Below, one piece after another: positions 8,197 to 19,110 of a stretch of 64,000 bases of DNA. The notes below the pieces were generated by a model that did no database searches, had not been told where the DNA came from, and worked only from the letters and a program-made list of their open reading frames with translations. Source of the stretch: a virus (taxonomy: Duplodnaviria; Caudoviricetes). The position numbers were made by a program, and so were the translations under genes. How positions within the stretch are numbered: the first letter of the stretch is position 1; every line of letters begins with the position of its first letter. The stretch covers positions 15,312-79,311 of IMG/VR virus record IMGVR_UViG_3300020045_003390; one strand, 5' to 3'.

Positions 8197-8289
8197 TAAG
8201 AGAGCTACACAGGAGTAATTACCTTGTGGAAAAGCGTTAACCCTAGCCTGCTCGTCTTATTTTTCTTTAGGGTTGTTAAGTAAGGGTTT
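8197..8289 (+). ncRNA. Putative structured cis-regulatory RNA leader of homing endonuclease 2
   Basis: Stem TAAGA-GAGC/GCTC-G-TCTTA encloses hairpin CACAGG/CCTTGTG, GAAAAG and AACCCTA, which is complementary to downstream TAGGGTT and AAGGGTT. Confidence 0.5.
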
Positions 8290-8292
8290 GAT

Positions 8293-9120
8293 ATGAATAA
8301 TAAATACTATGTGTATGTGCACAAGATTGCAGATACTGGTGAAGTGTTCTATGTTGGTAGCGGAACTGGGAACCGGTGGCGCACCAGCAGCAATCGATCT
8401 GAATTATGGCACGAATCTAGCGCAAATGGCTTCGCACCGGAAAAAGTTTGGTGCGACTTGACGGTAAACGCAGCAAGAGAAGTTGAAGAACTGCTGATTG
8501 AACTTATTGGTATAGACAATCTAGTTAACAAACACCTCCCAATGAAAACTATTGTGCTAGACAATTCAGTATTGAAGCAGTTTATTTACTCTGAAGATAG
8601 TCCTAGTGGTCTAGTTTGGGCAGTTGATCAACACAGGGGCATAAATATACACAGTATTGGTGACGTTGCTGGGGGAAAAGAGTCTAGGAATAATCAACCT
8701 CACAGGTGGAGGGTGAAGCCATCAGGTACAAATCAATCTGTAGCTATTCACCGGATTGTATGGGCACTCCATTCCCCTATTTCAGAGGATAAGGTGATTG
8801 ACCACATTGATGGTAATCCTTGGAATAATAGAATTGAAAACTTACGAGAAGTTGATAGAGCAACGAACTCTCGAAATACAAAGAAGCATACCAGTAATCG
8901 TTCAGGTGTCGCTGGTGTGCATTTTAAAAGAAATAGGGATGGGCATACTTATTGGTCTGCTACGTGGAGGGACGTTGACCAAAAGTCACGTAGCAAGAGT
9001 TATATGATAGAGAAATATGGAAATGATGAAGCCTTCAAACTAGCTTGTGATTTTCGTAAGAATAAAATAGAAGAATTAAAAGCAAGAGGATTTGGGTACA
9101 CAGATCGACACATTGCTTAA
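8293..9120 (+). CDS. Free-standing homing endonuclease (GIY-YIG-like + HNH + AP2-like), paralog of 4228-5040
   Basis: YYVYVHK...VFYVGSG; IHRIVW...IDHIDGNPWNNRIENLR; SNRSGVAGV...YGNDEAFKLACDFR. Confidence 0.85.
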   Translation: MNNKYYVYVHKIADTGEVFYVGSGTGNRWRTSSNRSELWHESSANGFAPEKVWCDLTVNAAREVEELLIELIGIDNLVNKHLPMKTIVLDNSVLKQFIYSEDSPSGLVWAVDQHRGINIHSIGDVAGGKESRNNQPHRWRVKPSGTNQSVAIHRIVWALHSPISEDKVIDHIDGNPWNNRIENLREVDRATNSRNTKKHTSNRSGVAGVHFKRNRDGHTYWSATWRDVDQKSRSKSYMIEKYGNDEAFKLACDFRKNKIEELKARGFGYTDRHIA

Positions 9121-9135
9121 ATAAGAAAGAAAATT

Positions 9136-12100
9136 ATGGCTTTGGAATTGTCATCCCTCCTTTTTAAAACGGATACCAGTGAACTTGAAAAGGCAAGTCA
9201 AGTTATTGGTACACTCGTTCAAAATGTCGCAAAGTTAGATAAAGCGTCTAAGGATGTAGCACGTACTGAAGCTACACTCGCAAAGGCTGCAAAAGATTCA
9301 GCTAAGGCGAATCTTGACAATGCTAAAGCCGTAGAAAGCACCGAGAAAGCTCAAAAGATCGCTGCCGTTGCTGTAGCGAAAAGTACCACTATTCTTGAAC
9401 GTCAGAAGGATATTCTTGACTTCCAAACTCAAGGTTTTTCCAAAGGTCAGTCCAGTATTCTAGCTTATGGCAAGGCTGCTGGACTTGCTGCTTCTGATAT
9501 TAACGAACTTGGTAAGGTGCTGGAGACTCAGCGTAAATTAATCGGGAATGACCCGTTCGACAAGTCCCTTTCAGGTATTAAGTCTCTGCAAAACCAATAC
9601 ACTGAACTTAAAGAGTCTATTCGCCAGTACGCTACAGATTCTAACCTGTCTGCAAAGCAAACTCGTGAATTAGCTCGGGATAAAGAACGCCTTATTGAGA
9701 AGATGAAAGTTGAAGGTGCGTCTTTCTCTGAAATCCGTACCGCAGTTCGCGGCCATAATGATGAGTACGTAAAACTTGCTACATCTTATAACAAAACAAT
9801 CTCCGCAGAAGATGCAGTGATTAAGGGGCGTAAAGATGCAGTAAACGCCACTAACTACTTGACTCAGGCAGATCAAAGAATGTCCGCTGCTCTGAGCACT
9901 TCCAATATGGCATTAGATAAGTCTGGTACAGACTCTCTTGTGAGATATGAGTCTGCTCTAAGAAAGTCTGGTCTTGCTCAAGATATTGTTACTCAAAAAC
10001 TTTCCACATACAAGGTACAACTTGCTCAGGTTCAAGCACAAGAAGCAAAACGTAGTGAACAACATCTAGCACGGGCACTGCCAGCTCAGTTTACCGATAT
10101 TGGGGTTTCATTATATTCAGGACAAAATCCACTTACTGTTCTGCTGCAACAATCTGGTCAGATTTTAGACATTTTCCAACTCTCTGGTGTGGCTGCTGAC
10201 AAATTTGCAGAATCTACCAAAAGGGCTTTTTACAGTATGGTCCCGGCAATGGCTACCGTCGCTAAGGGGTTAGCTGGTCTTGTCACCGGGTTGTTCATAG
10301 ACGCAGGTAGTGCTGTCACTCGCTTTGTTGGTAATGTTACTGGCATCTCTGCTGCAATGGACATCGCAAAACGAGCGATTGTATCCGGTGGTGAAGAAAA
10401 CTTTAAGTACGTTGCATCTTTGGAGAAGATCAGTAAGGCCGCCGCTGCAACTGCTGCTGGTGGTATCGCTGCGCTTATTCTTGTCATAACCCTTCTTGCC
10501 CTTGAATACAAAAAGATTATTCAAGCTGAGTCTGATTTGTCTAAAGCCCTTGCTACTTCTGGTGGTGCTCTTGGTCTTACTAGGGATCAAGCTGTAGCAG
10601 CAGCAGAGGGTATGAGTTCCCTTGGTGTGGGTACTCTGAAAGCAATGAGCGCCTTTACCGAAATTGCCAAAGCTGGAAACATTGGAAAATCCTCTCTTGA
10701 ACTTGTCACTAAGGCTGCGGTTGATCTTGAGAAAACTGCTGGTGTAAGTATTGAAGAGACTGCAAAACAGTACGCTAAACTCCAGGAAGAGCCTGCTAAA
10801 GCACTGATTGAAATTGCTCAGAAAACAGGCCTTGTAGATAAGGAAACACTCGCCTACGTTGCTTCTCTTGAGCATCAGGGTGACAAAACTGAAGCTGCTA
10901 GGATCGCTACGCTTGCTTTGGCATCAGCTCATGCTCAAGTTGCGTCTGAGATTATAAGCAATTGGGCACCTGTTGAAGTTCTTTGGAATGACATTAAATC
11001 TGCTATCAATGGTGTAAAACAAGAAATCTATGATCTTGCTACATCTAATGCTGCTGTTGGTGCAATGCGGACCATCTGGGAGACTATCTCTGTAGTTATC
11101 TCTGAGGTGTGGTTCACAATCAAGGGTGTTGGTAAAGAGATTGGTGGTATTGGTGCACAGATTGCTGCAGTGATGCGTGGAGACTTCTCAGGTGCTGCAT
11201 CAATTGGTGAGCAAATGAAGGTTGATGCTGAATCAGCAGCACAAGCACAGAAGAAGTTTGTTGCTTCAATCTTAGACCGTAGTGCAGTAGAACAAAAATC
11301 CTTCAATCAAAGCAAGGAACAAAACTCTCAGTACGCTAAGTGGCTTAAAGAAAATGATCAAGCTCTGGACAAGTCTATCAGCAAAGAAGACAAGTACAAA
11401 GCTAAACAACTAGAAGTCCAAAAGGCTGTTCTATCTGGTACTGTAAGTCAGGCTGAAGCCGATAAGGCATTATCTGGTTGGAAGAAGATTATCTACGGGG
11501 ATAGCAAACCCAAGAAAGACCCTTCCGAAAACTACTTCGCAACCTTAATGCGCGAAGCAACAAACAACACGATCAAAGCTGACACTGCTACACAAGGGCT
11601 TACCAAGTCTGAACTAAAACTTTTAGAAGTCCAATCTGATTCTCGTTTCGAGAAACTTACTGCTGATCAAAAGTCCCAAGTTGCTGCTAAGTACAATAAT
11701 GCTGCTGCTACTGAAAAATTAGCAGAGGCTGAAAAACAGCGCTCAAAAATTGAAGATGATGCATTGGCAAGTGCCCTCAAGATCATTGAAAAGAATGATG
11801 AGATTGCTCTCTCTTATGAGAACGCACGAGAAGCAGCAATTGAATACCTTGATACTCTTCGCTTACAATCTTCTCGTACAAACGAGGGCGTAGGTAAAGG
11901 TACAGAGTATCGTGCAGATCAATCTGGGCTAAACAGTATTGAAGATAAGTTCAATACTAAGAAAGCCTCTCTAGCAAAAAGCAGCGGTACTAAGGGTGAA
12001 TATTGGTATAACCAAGAGCTTGAATTAGCGAAAAACACTTACGAACAAGAAGTAGAAATCTACAAGAAGAGTGTAGATGACAAACTTGCTGCACAAGGTA

Positions 12101-12780
12101 AGTGGTCCACCGGTGCATCTGAATCTCTTTCTAACTATCTATCAGAAATCCAAAACGTTGCTAAATCCACCGAGAACCTTTTCACCAAAGCGTTCAAAGG
12201 TATGGAAGACGCAATAGTGGAGTTTGTTAAGACTGGCAAGTTAGATTTCTCTAGCTTAGTTGATAGTATGATTGCTGACCTGATCCGTATTCAAGTCCAA
12301 AAGAACGTAATGCCAATGTTGTCTAGTGGATTTGATTCAGCGGTTTCTTGGGCTGCGAGCCTATTCAGTGCTAACGGTAATGCCTTCGATGGCTCTGGAC
12401 AAGTTCAGAAATTCAAAAATGGTGGTACTTTTACTAACCAGATTGTTGATCAACCTACACCATTTAAGTTTGCCAAAGGTACTGGCATTATGGGTGAAGC
12501 AGGTCCAGAAGCAATCATGCCTTTGAGCCGTGGATCAGACGGTAAACTAGGTGTGCAATCTTCCGGTGGCGGCGGTAATAATGTAATTGTAAACGTAGTT
12601 GAGTCCCCCGGTAGAGGTGGTCAACAAACCAGAACTAACGAAAATGGAACCGATATGATTACTGTATTTGTTGAACAAATTAAAACTTCTTTAGCCACGG
12701 ATATCCGTAAAGGCTCTGGAGCCGTGCCTGATGCTATGAGTCAAACATACGGCCTTAACCGCGTAGCAGGAGCTTATTAA
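9136..12780 (+). CDS. Tail tape measure protein (lambda-type)
   Basis: 1214 aa Ala-rich helical; AQFTDIGVSLYSGQNPLTVLLQQ motif; C-terminal FVKTGKLDFSSLVDSMIADL and GIMGEAGPEAIMPL. Confidence 0.92.
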   Translation: MALELSSLLFKTDTSELEKASQVIGTLVQNVAKLDKASKDVARTEATLAKAAKDSAKANLDNAKAVESTEKAQKIAAVAVAKSTTILERQKDILDFQTQGFSKGQSSILAYGKAAGLAASDINELGKVLETQRKLIGNDPFDKSLSGIKSLQNQYTELKESIRQYATDSNLSAKQTRELARDKERLIEKMKVEGASFSEIRTAVRGHNDEYVKLATSYNKTISAEDAVIKGRKDAVNATNYLTQADQRMSAALSTSNMALDKSGTDSLVRYESALRKSGLAQDIVTQKLSTYKVQLAQVQAQEAKRSEQHLARALPAQFTDIGVSLYSGQNPLTVLLQQSGQILDIFQLSGVAADKFAESTKRAFYSMVPAMATVAKGLAGLVTGLFIDAGSAVTRFVGNVTGISAAMDIAKRAIVSGGEENFKYVASLEKISKAAAATAAGGIAALILVITLLALEYKKIIQAESDLSKALATSGGALGLTRDQAVAAAEGMSSLGVGTLKAMSAFTEIAKAGNIGKSSLELVTKAAVDLEKTAGVSIEETAKQYAKLQEEPAKALIEIAQKTGLVDKETLAYVASLEHQGDKTEAARIATLALASAHAQVASEIISNWAPVEVLWNDIKSAINGVKQEIYDLATSNAAVGAMRTIWETISVVISEVWFTIKGVGKEIGGIGAQIAAVMRGDFSGAASIGEQMKVDAESAAQAQKKFVASILDRSAVEQKSFNQSKEQNSQYAKWLKENDQALDKSISKEDKYKAKQLEVQKAVLSGTVSQAEADKALSGWKKIIYGDSKPKKDPSENYFATLMREATNNTIKADTATQGLTKSELKLLEVQSDSRFEKLTADQKSQVAAKYNNAAATEKLAEAEKQRSKIEDDALASALKIIEKNDEIALSYENAREAAIEYLDTLRLQSSRTNEGVGKGTEYRADQSGLNSIEDKFNTKKASLAKSSGTKGEYWYNQELELAKNTYEQEVEIYKKSVDDKLAAQGKWSTGASESLSNYLSEIQNVAKSTENLFTKAFKGMEDAIVEFVKTGKLDFSSLVDSMIADLIRIQVQKNVMPMLSSGFDSAVSWAASLFSANGNAFDGSGQVQKFKNGGTFTNQIVDQPTPFKFAKGTGIMGEAGPEAIMPLSRGSDGKLGVQSSGGGGNNVIVNVVESPGRGGQQTRTNENGTDMITVFVEQIKTSLATDIRKGSGAVPDAMSQTYGLNRVAGAY

Positions 12781-13139
12781 TGGCAACTTATCCTAGTACT
12801 TTACCATACCCGGAAACTGATTACACACTTGAGCCTGTTGATACAATTGTGCGTACTGATATGGAAAGTGGAGCCACAAGATCAAGACGGAGAACAAAAG
12901 CCCGGAATGATCATGTAAATGTTTCTTGGAATCTATCAGATGCCCAGCTAAAAACATTCAGAGATTGGTACGACGATGACACCACTGGTATTAATGGTGG
13001 TGCTTCGTGGTTTACTATTGACTTGCTTATTGGTAATACAGGCTTTGATACTGTAACTGCAAAGTTTGCAAGTATCTATACAGTAAAATACACTCAAGTC
13101 ATGCGGTGGGTAGTCTCTGCTAAATTGGAAATTAGATAA
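12780..13139 (+). CDS. Distal tail protein
   Basis: Follows TMP; VRTDMESGATRSRRR, GGASWFTIDL. Confidence 0.7.
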   Translation: MATYPSTLPYPETDYTLEPVDTIVRTDMESGATRSRRRTKARNDHVNVSWNLSDAQLKTFRDWYDDDTTGINGGASWFTIDLLIGNTGFDTVTAKFASIYTVKYTQVMRWVVSAKLEIR

Positions 13140-13663
13140 TGCCAGATACTACTTTATCACAAGCACTCAAAGAAGCATATGCAAGTGCTCCAGCAAATAT
13201 AGTCATCTATCATACACTGGAACTGAATCATCCTGCGTTTACTACTCCAATCAGGGTGGTTCGAGATTATGTGGACTTAATAGCTACGCTTGAACCAACA
13301 GCCCCAATAAATCCAAGTGAAGTTGTGACATTTATTGGCTTTAGTTTTGACTTTACTAAACCTGAAGTCTCATCTACTGGTGTTCCGCAGATTACCATTA
13401 CAATGGATAATGTAGATAGGAGTATTGTTGCGAACATTGAAGCTGCGTTAGGTAGTACAGAGATGGTTACGGTTATTTATAGGGAGTTTATCAGCACTGA
13501 TTTGAGTTCTCCCCAGAATGACCCACCTTTGCAATTAACTATAACTAATATTGTTGCAGATGTATTTAAGGTTACAGCTACTGCTGGCTTTCCTAATCTA
13601 CAAAATAAGCGATTCCCAACTACGGAATATAGCCCTGAAGTCTTTGTAGGGTTGACAACTTAA
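13139..13663 (+). CDS. Tail tip protein (DUF1833-like)
   Basis: IYHTLELNHPAFTTPIRVV, ITMDNV, NKRFPT patterns. Confidence 0.75.
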   Translation: MPDTTLSQALKEAYASAPANIVIYHTLELNHPAFTTPIRVVRDYVDLIATLEPTAPINPSEVVTFIGFSFDFTKPEVSSTGVPQITITMDNVDRSIVANIEAALGSTEMVTVIYREFISTDLSSPQNDPPLQLTITNIVADVFKVTATAGFPNLQNKRFPTTEYSPEVFVGLTT

Positions 13664-13681
13664 ATAAGGAGAGATCACGCC

Positions 13682-14068
13682 ATGAGTTTTGCAAAATATA
13701 TCGGTATACCTTGGGTAGAAGGTGCACAAGGACCAGATGCTTTTGACTGCATGGCATTCTTCCGGCATGTTCAAAAAGAACAATTTAATATTGATGTTCC
13801 AAGTATTATTGCCCCGGACTACGATGATGCAAATGCGATTGCGGATTTATTTAGTACTCACCCCGAGCGTCAAAAATGGCCAAAGATTACTAAACCTATT
13901 CATGGTTGTGCTGTGATAATCCACAGGCCACTGCATGTTGGTACTTGGCTAGATATTGATGGTGGGGGTGTGTTGCATTGCGCACGTGGTTGCGGTGTGA
14001 TCTTTACTTCTGATAGTGCATGGGCTTTAAGTGGGTTCGGACGCAAAGAATATTTTAGGCATATGTAA
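13682..14068 (+). CDS. NlpC/P60-family tail tip protein (gpK-like)
   Basis: YIGIPW...AFDCMAF, LHVGTW, VLHC catalytic Cys/His pattern. Confidence 0.85.
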   Translation: MSFAKYIGIPWVEGAQGPDAFDCMAFFRHVQKEQFNIDVPSIIAPDYDDANAIADLFSTHPERQKWPKITKPIHGCAVIIHRPLHVGTWLDIDGGGVLHCARGCGVIFTSDSAWALSGFGRKEYFRHM

Positions 14069-14081
14069 TGAGTACAAAAAT

Positions 14082-17000
14082 ATGAGTTCAGTAATTTATC
14101 TTGAAAATGGACTATGCCCACAAAACCGAAGAGTAGAGCAACTTACTGGAAGTATCCAAGAACTCTCCCCTGATTGGCAAACACCTTATGTTGCGTTTGT
14201 TGATGGAAAACCTATACTTCGTGCAGACTGGAATTTAATTCCTAATGACGACCAGTCTTTAGTCTTTATTGATGCGGACGCAATACCTCAAGGTGGGGGA
14301 GGTGGTGGGTCAAACCCATTGCGTACAATTCTGATGATAGTTGTAATGATTTATGCCCCAGCGATTGCCGCCCAGATGTCCTATGCCATGGGCGGGGGTA
14401 TGGTCTTAGGGTCGGTCGGTGGACTTGCTGCTATGCAGGCTGGTGTGATGTTTGCAGGTATGGCTTTAGTCAATGCTATTGCGCCAGCACCAAAGCCCAC
14501 AAGCCCTCAACAAGCGGCGGCACTGGCGGCGGCTAGCCCCACATATAGCTTGCAAGCACAAGGTAATACTGCTCGTTTAGATGCTGCGATTCCTGAGCAT
14601 TTCGGACGGCATATAGTATACCCGGACTTTGCCGCAACCCCCTATACGGAGTATGCAGGTAATGAACAATACCTTTATCAACTCCTTTGTGTAGGCAGGG
14701 GTAGCTACGATCTTGAACCTTTAAAGATTGAAGACACCCCAATTTCAAGTTTTGATGAAATCACCACTGAAGTTATTCAGCCGTACGGCCAAGTCACCTT
14801 ATTCCCTGCTAGCGTCACTACAAGTATAGAGGTTGCGGGGCAGAGTCTCTCTACTGCCTTTACTGGACCATTTATCGCAAATGCCTCTGGAACTGAAACA
14901 AACAGACTGTCATTTGATTTTGTAGCGAGTAGGGGACTTTATTATGCTAACGACAATGGTTCATTGTCGGCAGTCAGTGTGGATTTTCAAATAGAGGTTG
15001 CCTCCGTAGATGATTATGGTAACTTGATTAGTGGCTGGACAGCACTTACTATGTCATATACTAGCTGGTCAGACTGGACGTTTGTCTCGACTCAACAAAC
15101 ATCAGTTAATCCATATACAGATACAGATACCCAACAGTGGCAAGTTAGCGACAAGCCATTAGGATCACTTGCTGGTCAACTAGCACAGCAAGGCTTATCA
15201 ACTTGGGCACTTTATACAAGAACTAGATCAACTCATGTAGGGCTTATACAATCTGGAGCGACGACAACTGCACAACGCTGGAGCTGGAGTTTTGATATCC
15301 CTGTTGGTCGGTACACTACTCGTGTCAGGAGGCTTTCCACAGAAAGTACAGATACAAGATATTCTGATGGTATATCTTGGGTTGGCTTACGTGCATATCA
15401 CCCTGATCCGGTTGGTAAGAACTACGGCGACGTTACCTTAATCGCAGTTCGAATGAGAGCGACCGATAGCCTCAGCTCGCAGTCAAGCCGGAAACTAAAT
15501 CTCATTGCAACACGAAAACTTCCTATTTGGAATGGTTCATCTTGGAGTGGATTGACTGCTACACGAAACCCAGCTTGGGCACTTGCATACGCAGCTAAGC
15601 AAGTTGGGCAAAATGATTCAACCATTGACCTTTCTGGGCTATTAACACTCGCGAATGGGTGCACCGCTAGAGGTGATAATTTCGATGCCCGGTTTGATAG
15701 CTTTTTAAGTTTCTGGGAGGCAGCAACAAAAATATGCCAAGCAGTTAGAGCAAAACCCTTCATCCAGGGTAGTGTTTTAAGGGTTGTTCGTGACCAATCA
15801 AGTACTATTCCAGTTGCGATGTTTAGCCAAAGAAACATTGTAAAAGGCTCTTTTTCAGTTAACTATTTAATGCCAACTGAAGATACCGCTGATAGTGTTG
15901 ACGTTTCTTACTTTGATGAGATTACTTGGAAGAGCGCCAAGGTACGCTCTACCCTTGCGGGTAGCACAGCAGACAAGCCAGCTAAAATTGATTTGTTTGG
16001 GGTGATTGATCGCACCAAGGCTTGGCAAGAGGGGTTATACCAAGCTGCTTGTAATAGGTATCGTCGTAAGATGATAACCTTTAAGACAGAGATGGAAGGT
16101 TTCATCCCTTCATTCTTAGACCTCGCTACAGTTCAGCATGATATGCCAGCTTGGGGGCAATCTGGTGAAGTTGTTGCTTGGAATTCTGGTACAAAAACCT
16201 TGACCCTAAGTGAACCTCCTGTTTTTACGACAGGTACTCATTATATCGCTTTACGTGATAGAGGTGGCGCTCCCAAAGGGCCGTATGCTTGTGTAGTAGG
16301 AAGTAGCCCTTACGAAGTTGTACTATCAGAATTACCTGCAATAACACCGTATGTAGGAATGGATGAAGAGCGTACTCATTTTGCATTTGGCCCTGGAATT
16401 GCTTGGAGTCAACCGATACGTGTACTTACAGCAAAGCCCACTGGTGTTAATCAAGTAGAGATAACTGCTGTAAACGAAGATGCAAGTGTACACACTGCGG
16501 ATGTCGGTGTAACAATGCCAAGGCAGATATTTTCGCAGTTAGCAACTTATCAAAATGCACCTACTGTTTTAGGTGTAACTGCATACCCTGCACCATTTGC
16601 ACCAAATAAACTCCTCGTTCAATGGAGTCCTAGCCCGTGGGCAACGCACTATTATGTAGAACAAAGTCAAGATAGGGTTAACTGGACTAGAAGTGCTGAT
16701 GTTGAGTCTAATAATGTAACATTTCAGAAGCTTTTTTCTGGTAGTGCTTACGTCCGTGTTGCTGCAGTTAACCTTACCCGAGGTCCATGGTTTGAAGTTC
16801 CTATAACACCATCCCCAGTACCTGAAGATGTTTCTGCATTAGCCATAGAAGATATTAATCTATCTTGGCCTGCGGTTAGTGATCAGGATATTGTAGGTTA
16901 TAGAATTAAGTTTCATTATGGCACAAATCTAGAATGGGGGACAGCAAACCTTCTTTATGATGGTCTAGTGACATCATCCCCATACCTCATGCAAGTTGTC

Positions 17001-17831
17001 CCCCCCGGACAAATAACGATTATGGTCCGGGCTGTTGATAGTGAAGGACAGGAGTCTAAAAATTCTGCATATGTTATCAAAGATATGGGCGACCCATTAG
17101 TTGAAAACGTTCTAGAGACTTATGACTACAAAGCGGCATCATGGCCGGGGGCTATTACAAACGGATCAATAATCAGCGGTAATCTAGTTGCAAGCCAAGG
17201 GGATATATTTTATCGCGTGGATGAATCTAATTTTTACAGAATAGATACCTCCATTTTTTACAGTGATACTTATAATTCTTTAATCTGGGAGAGTTCTGGT
17301 TGGACACCTAGTTCTGCAGCGGTTGGATACAACATGACAGTATCTTGGTCACTTAATGGTAACACCCAAAGTATCGAATATAGAAAAACGTCCAATGACC
17401 CATTCTATAAACCTGATGCGGATGCATTTTATAATACCGATGATTCTTCTCGGTATTATACAGAGACTGCAATTTGGCAAGCGTGGCCTGGGGCTATAGT
17501 TGCAGAATTTGTAGAGTACCAATGGCGTGTGGAATCCGGTGCTGGTCCCGTCGAGGGCAGTCTATCAGATTTTACAGTGTCAGTAGATGTACCAGATAAA
17601 TTGCTAAAACTAGATAATGTTTCTATATCCTCCAGTGGTACTAGACTTACAGGGGCTATAGGGCAATTTAATTCTATACAAAACATCCAATTAACATTAC
17701 AAGGAAGTACGACTGCAATGAAAGTTGAAGTTATTGACAAATCATTATCACTAGGCCCATTAGTTATAGCAAAAGATGCTTCTAACACTGGGGTTTCCGC
17801 AATTATCGACGCTTTAATTCAAGGATTTTAA
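14082..17831 (+). CDS. Tail tip hub / host specificity protein (gpI-gpJ-like fusion with FN3-like repeats)
   Basis: PQGGGGGSNPLR, ARLDAAIPEHFGRH, TRNPAWALAY; about 1250 aa. Confidence 0.85.
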   Translation: MSSVIYLENGLCPQNRRVEQLTGSIQELSPDWQTPYVAFVDGKPILRADWNLIPNDDQSLVFIDADAIPQGGGGGGSNPLRTILMIVVMIYAPAIAAQMSYAMGGGMVLGSVGGLAAMQAGVMFAGMALVNAIAPAPKPTSPQQAAALAAASPTYSLQAQGNTARLDAAIPEHFGRHIVYPDFAATPYTEYAGNEQYLYQLLCVGRGSYDLEPLKIEDTPISSFDEITTEVIQPYGQVTLFPASVTTSIEVAGQSLSTAFTGPFIANASGTETNRLSFDFVASRGLYYANDNGSLSAVSVDFQIEVASVDDYGNLISGWTALTMSYTSWSDWTFVSTQQTSVNPYTDTDTQQWQVSDKPLGSLAGQLAQQGLSTWALYTRTRSTHVGLIQSGATTTAQRWSWSFDIPVGRYTTRVRRLSTESTDTRYSDGISWVGLRAYHPDPVGKNYGDVTLIAVRMRATDSLSSQSSRKLNLIATRKLPIWNGSSWSGLTATRNPAWALAYAAKQVGQNDSTIDLSGLLTLANGCTARGDNFDARFDSFLSFWEAATKICQAVRAKPFIQGSVLRVVRDQSSTIPVAMFSQRNIVKGSFSVNYLMPTEDTADSVDVSYFDEITWKSAKVRSTLAGSTADKPAKIDLFGVIDRTKAWQEGLYQAACNRYRRKMITFKTEMEGFIPSFLDLATVQHDMPAWGQSGEVVAWNSGTKTLTLSEPPVFTTGTHYIALRDRGGAPKGPYACVVGSSPYEVVLSELPAITPYVGMDEERTHFAFGPGIAWSQPIRVLTAKPTGVNQVEITAVNEDASVHTADVGVTMPRQIFSQLATYQNAPTVLGVTAYPAPFAPNKLLVQWSPSPWATHYYVEQSQDRVNWTRSADVESNNVTFQKLFSGSAYVRVAAVNLTRGPWFEVPITPSPVPEDVSALAIEDINLSWPAVSDQDIVGYRIKFHYGTNLEWGTANLLYDGLVTSSPYLMQVVPPGQITIMVRAVDSEGQESKNSAYVIKDMGDPLVENVLETYDYKAASWPGAITNGSIISGNLVASQGDIFYRVDESNFYRIDTSIFYSDTYNSLIWESSGWTPSSAAVGYNMTVSWSLNGNTQSIEYRKTSNDPFYKPDADAFYNTDDSSRYYTETAIWQAWPGAIVAEFVEYQWRVESGAGPVEGSLSDFTVSVDVPDKLLKLDNVSISSSGTRLTGAIGQFNSIQNIQLTLQGSTTAMKVEVIDKSLSLGPLVIAKDASNTGVSAIIDALIQGF

Positions 17832-18782
17832 ATGGCACTCTTACCCGCACGAAATATTTTTGATGGTAGTTCTATACCTACAACTGGTACAATGAAATCT
17901 GCAATGGGGAGTCTAAGAGACTTCCTTTCTGATTTGCTTGGAGCGGACAGTGGTAACCCAACTGCAGCCCGTGCTGCACTGGTAGCAGCTAAATCTGGTG
18001 CAAATGATGACATCACAAGCCTGGGTACAATTGCAAATATCAATGGAGGGCAACTTGCTGGAATGCGAAGTCGCATTATCAACGGTAATTTTGCAATCAA
18101 TCAACGGATGATGTCAGGTACTGTTACGCTGGCTGCTGGAGCATACGGACATGACCGTTGGAAAGCGGGTTCTTCCGGGTGTACATATACTTTCTCCACA
18201 ACTAGTGGGGTTACTACGCTGAATATTACGGCAGGTTCATTGATGCAAGTGATTGAAGGGGTAAATCTTGATAGTAACTCCTTCATTTTATCTTGGGGGG
18301 GGACCTCAACAGGTCGTATTGATTCGGGCACCTTTGGTGTATCAGGTAGAGTTGGTACTGCTGTTGGTGGTACAAATCAGACAGTCGAATTCAGCACCGG
18401 AACTCTTAGTCGTGTGCAGTATGAAGTGGGGACAGTATCCACAACATTTGAGCAACGACCTTACGGGCTTGAATTAAGTCTGTGCCAGAGATATTTTGAG
18501 CGTATGGGCTTTGGCTCAACCGCTGCACTATCATTACAGGGATATTCAACCAGTCCTATTATATCGTTGGCATCTTGGATTCCATTTAAAGTTGAAAAAC
18601 GGGTAATCCCCACGATTGGGATATTTGGAGTATTTGTTGCTACTAATTGTGGACAGCCACAAATAGGGGGGATTACAGTTGATGGATTTAGCAGGTATGT
18701 AATCACATCCGGTGCGGCAGGGCAAACAACATCAGAGACAAATAATACATCATCGGGCATTACTGCCACATCTGAATTATAA
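17832..18782 (+). CDS. Tail fibre / receptor-binding protein
   Basis: RSRIINGNFAINQR domain, TFEQRPYGLELSLCQRYF motif. Confidence 0.8.
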   Translation: MALLPARNIFDGSSIPTTGTMKSAMGSLRDFLSDLLGADSGNPTAARAALVAAKSGANDDITSLGTIANINGGQLAGMRSRIINGNFAINQRMMSGTVTLAAGAYGHDRWKAGSSGCTYTFSTTSGVTTLNITAGSLMQVIEGVNLDSNSFILSWGGTSTGRIDSGTFGVSGRVGTAVGGTNQTVEFSTGTLSRVQYEVGTVSTTFEQRPYGLELSLCQRYFERMGFGSTAALSLQGYSTSPIISLASWIPFKVEKRVIPTIGIFGVFVATNCGQPQIGGITVDGFSRYVITSGAAGQTTSETNNTSSGITATSEL

Positions 18783-18789
18783 GAATAAA

Positions 18790-19110
18790 ATGTATAAATT
18801 AACTAACTCAACATCAATTATACGTATTTTAGATTCTGCAATTATCCCACCCGATAAAGAAAATATTGATTATATTAACTATCTAAAATGGAGATCTGAG
18901 GGTAACAAACCTCATCCATGTGATGATCAAGTTCCATATGCAGAAATTGCATATGAACAGATTATTCGTCTTGAACGCGAAAATATTTTACCAAGAATCT
19001 TGCGTGAGGATTTGCTTAATAGGGCTACTGAACTGGATTTGTTAACCCCTGGATACCAAAAACTAAAAAAATTGGATGACACAATTAAATTACTGAGGAA
19101 TTCATTATGA
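18790..19110 (+). CDS. Tail fibre-associated small protein / chaperone
   Basis: IIPPDKENIDYINYLKWRSEGN pattern usual after such fibres. Confidence 0.6.
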   Translation: MYKLTNSTSIIRILDSAIIPPDKENIDYINYLKWRSEGNKPHPCDDQVPYAEIAYEQIIRLERENILPRILREDLLNRATELDLLTPGYQKLKKLDDTIKLLRNSL

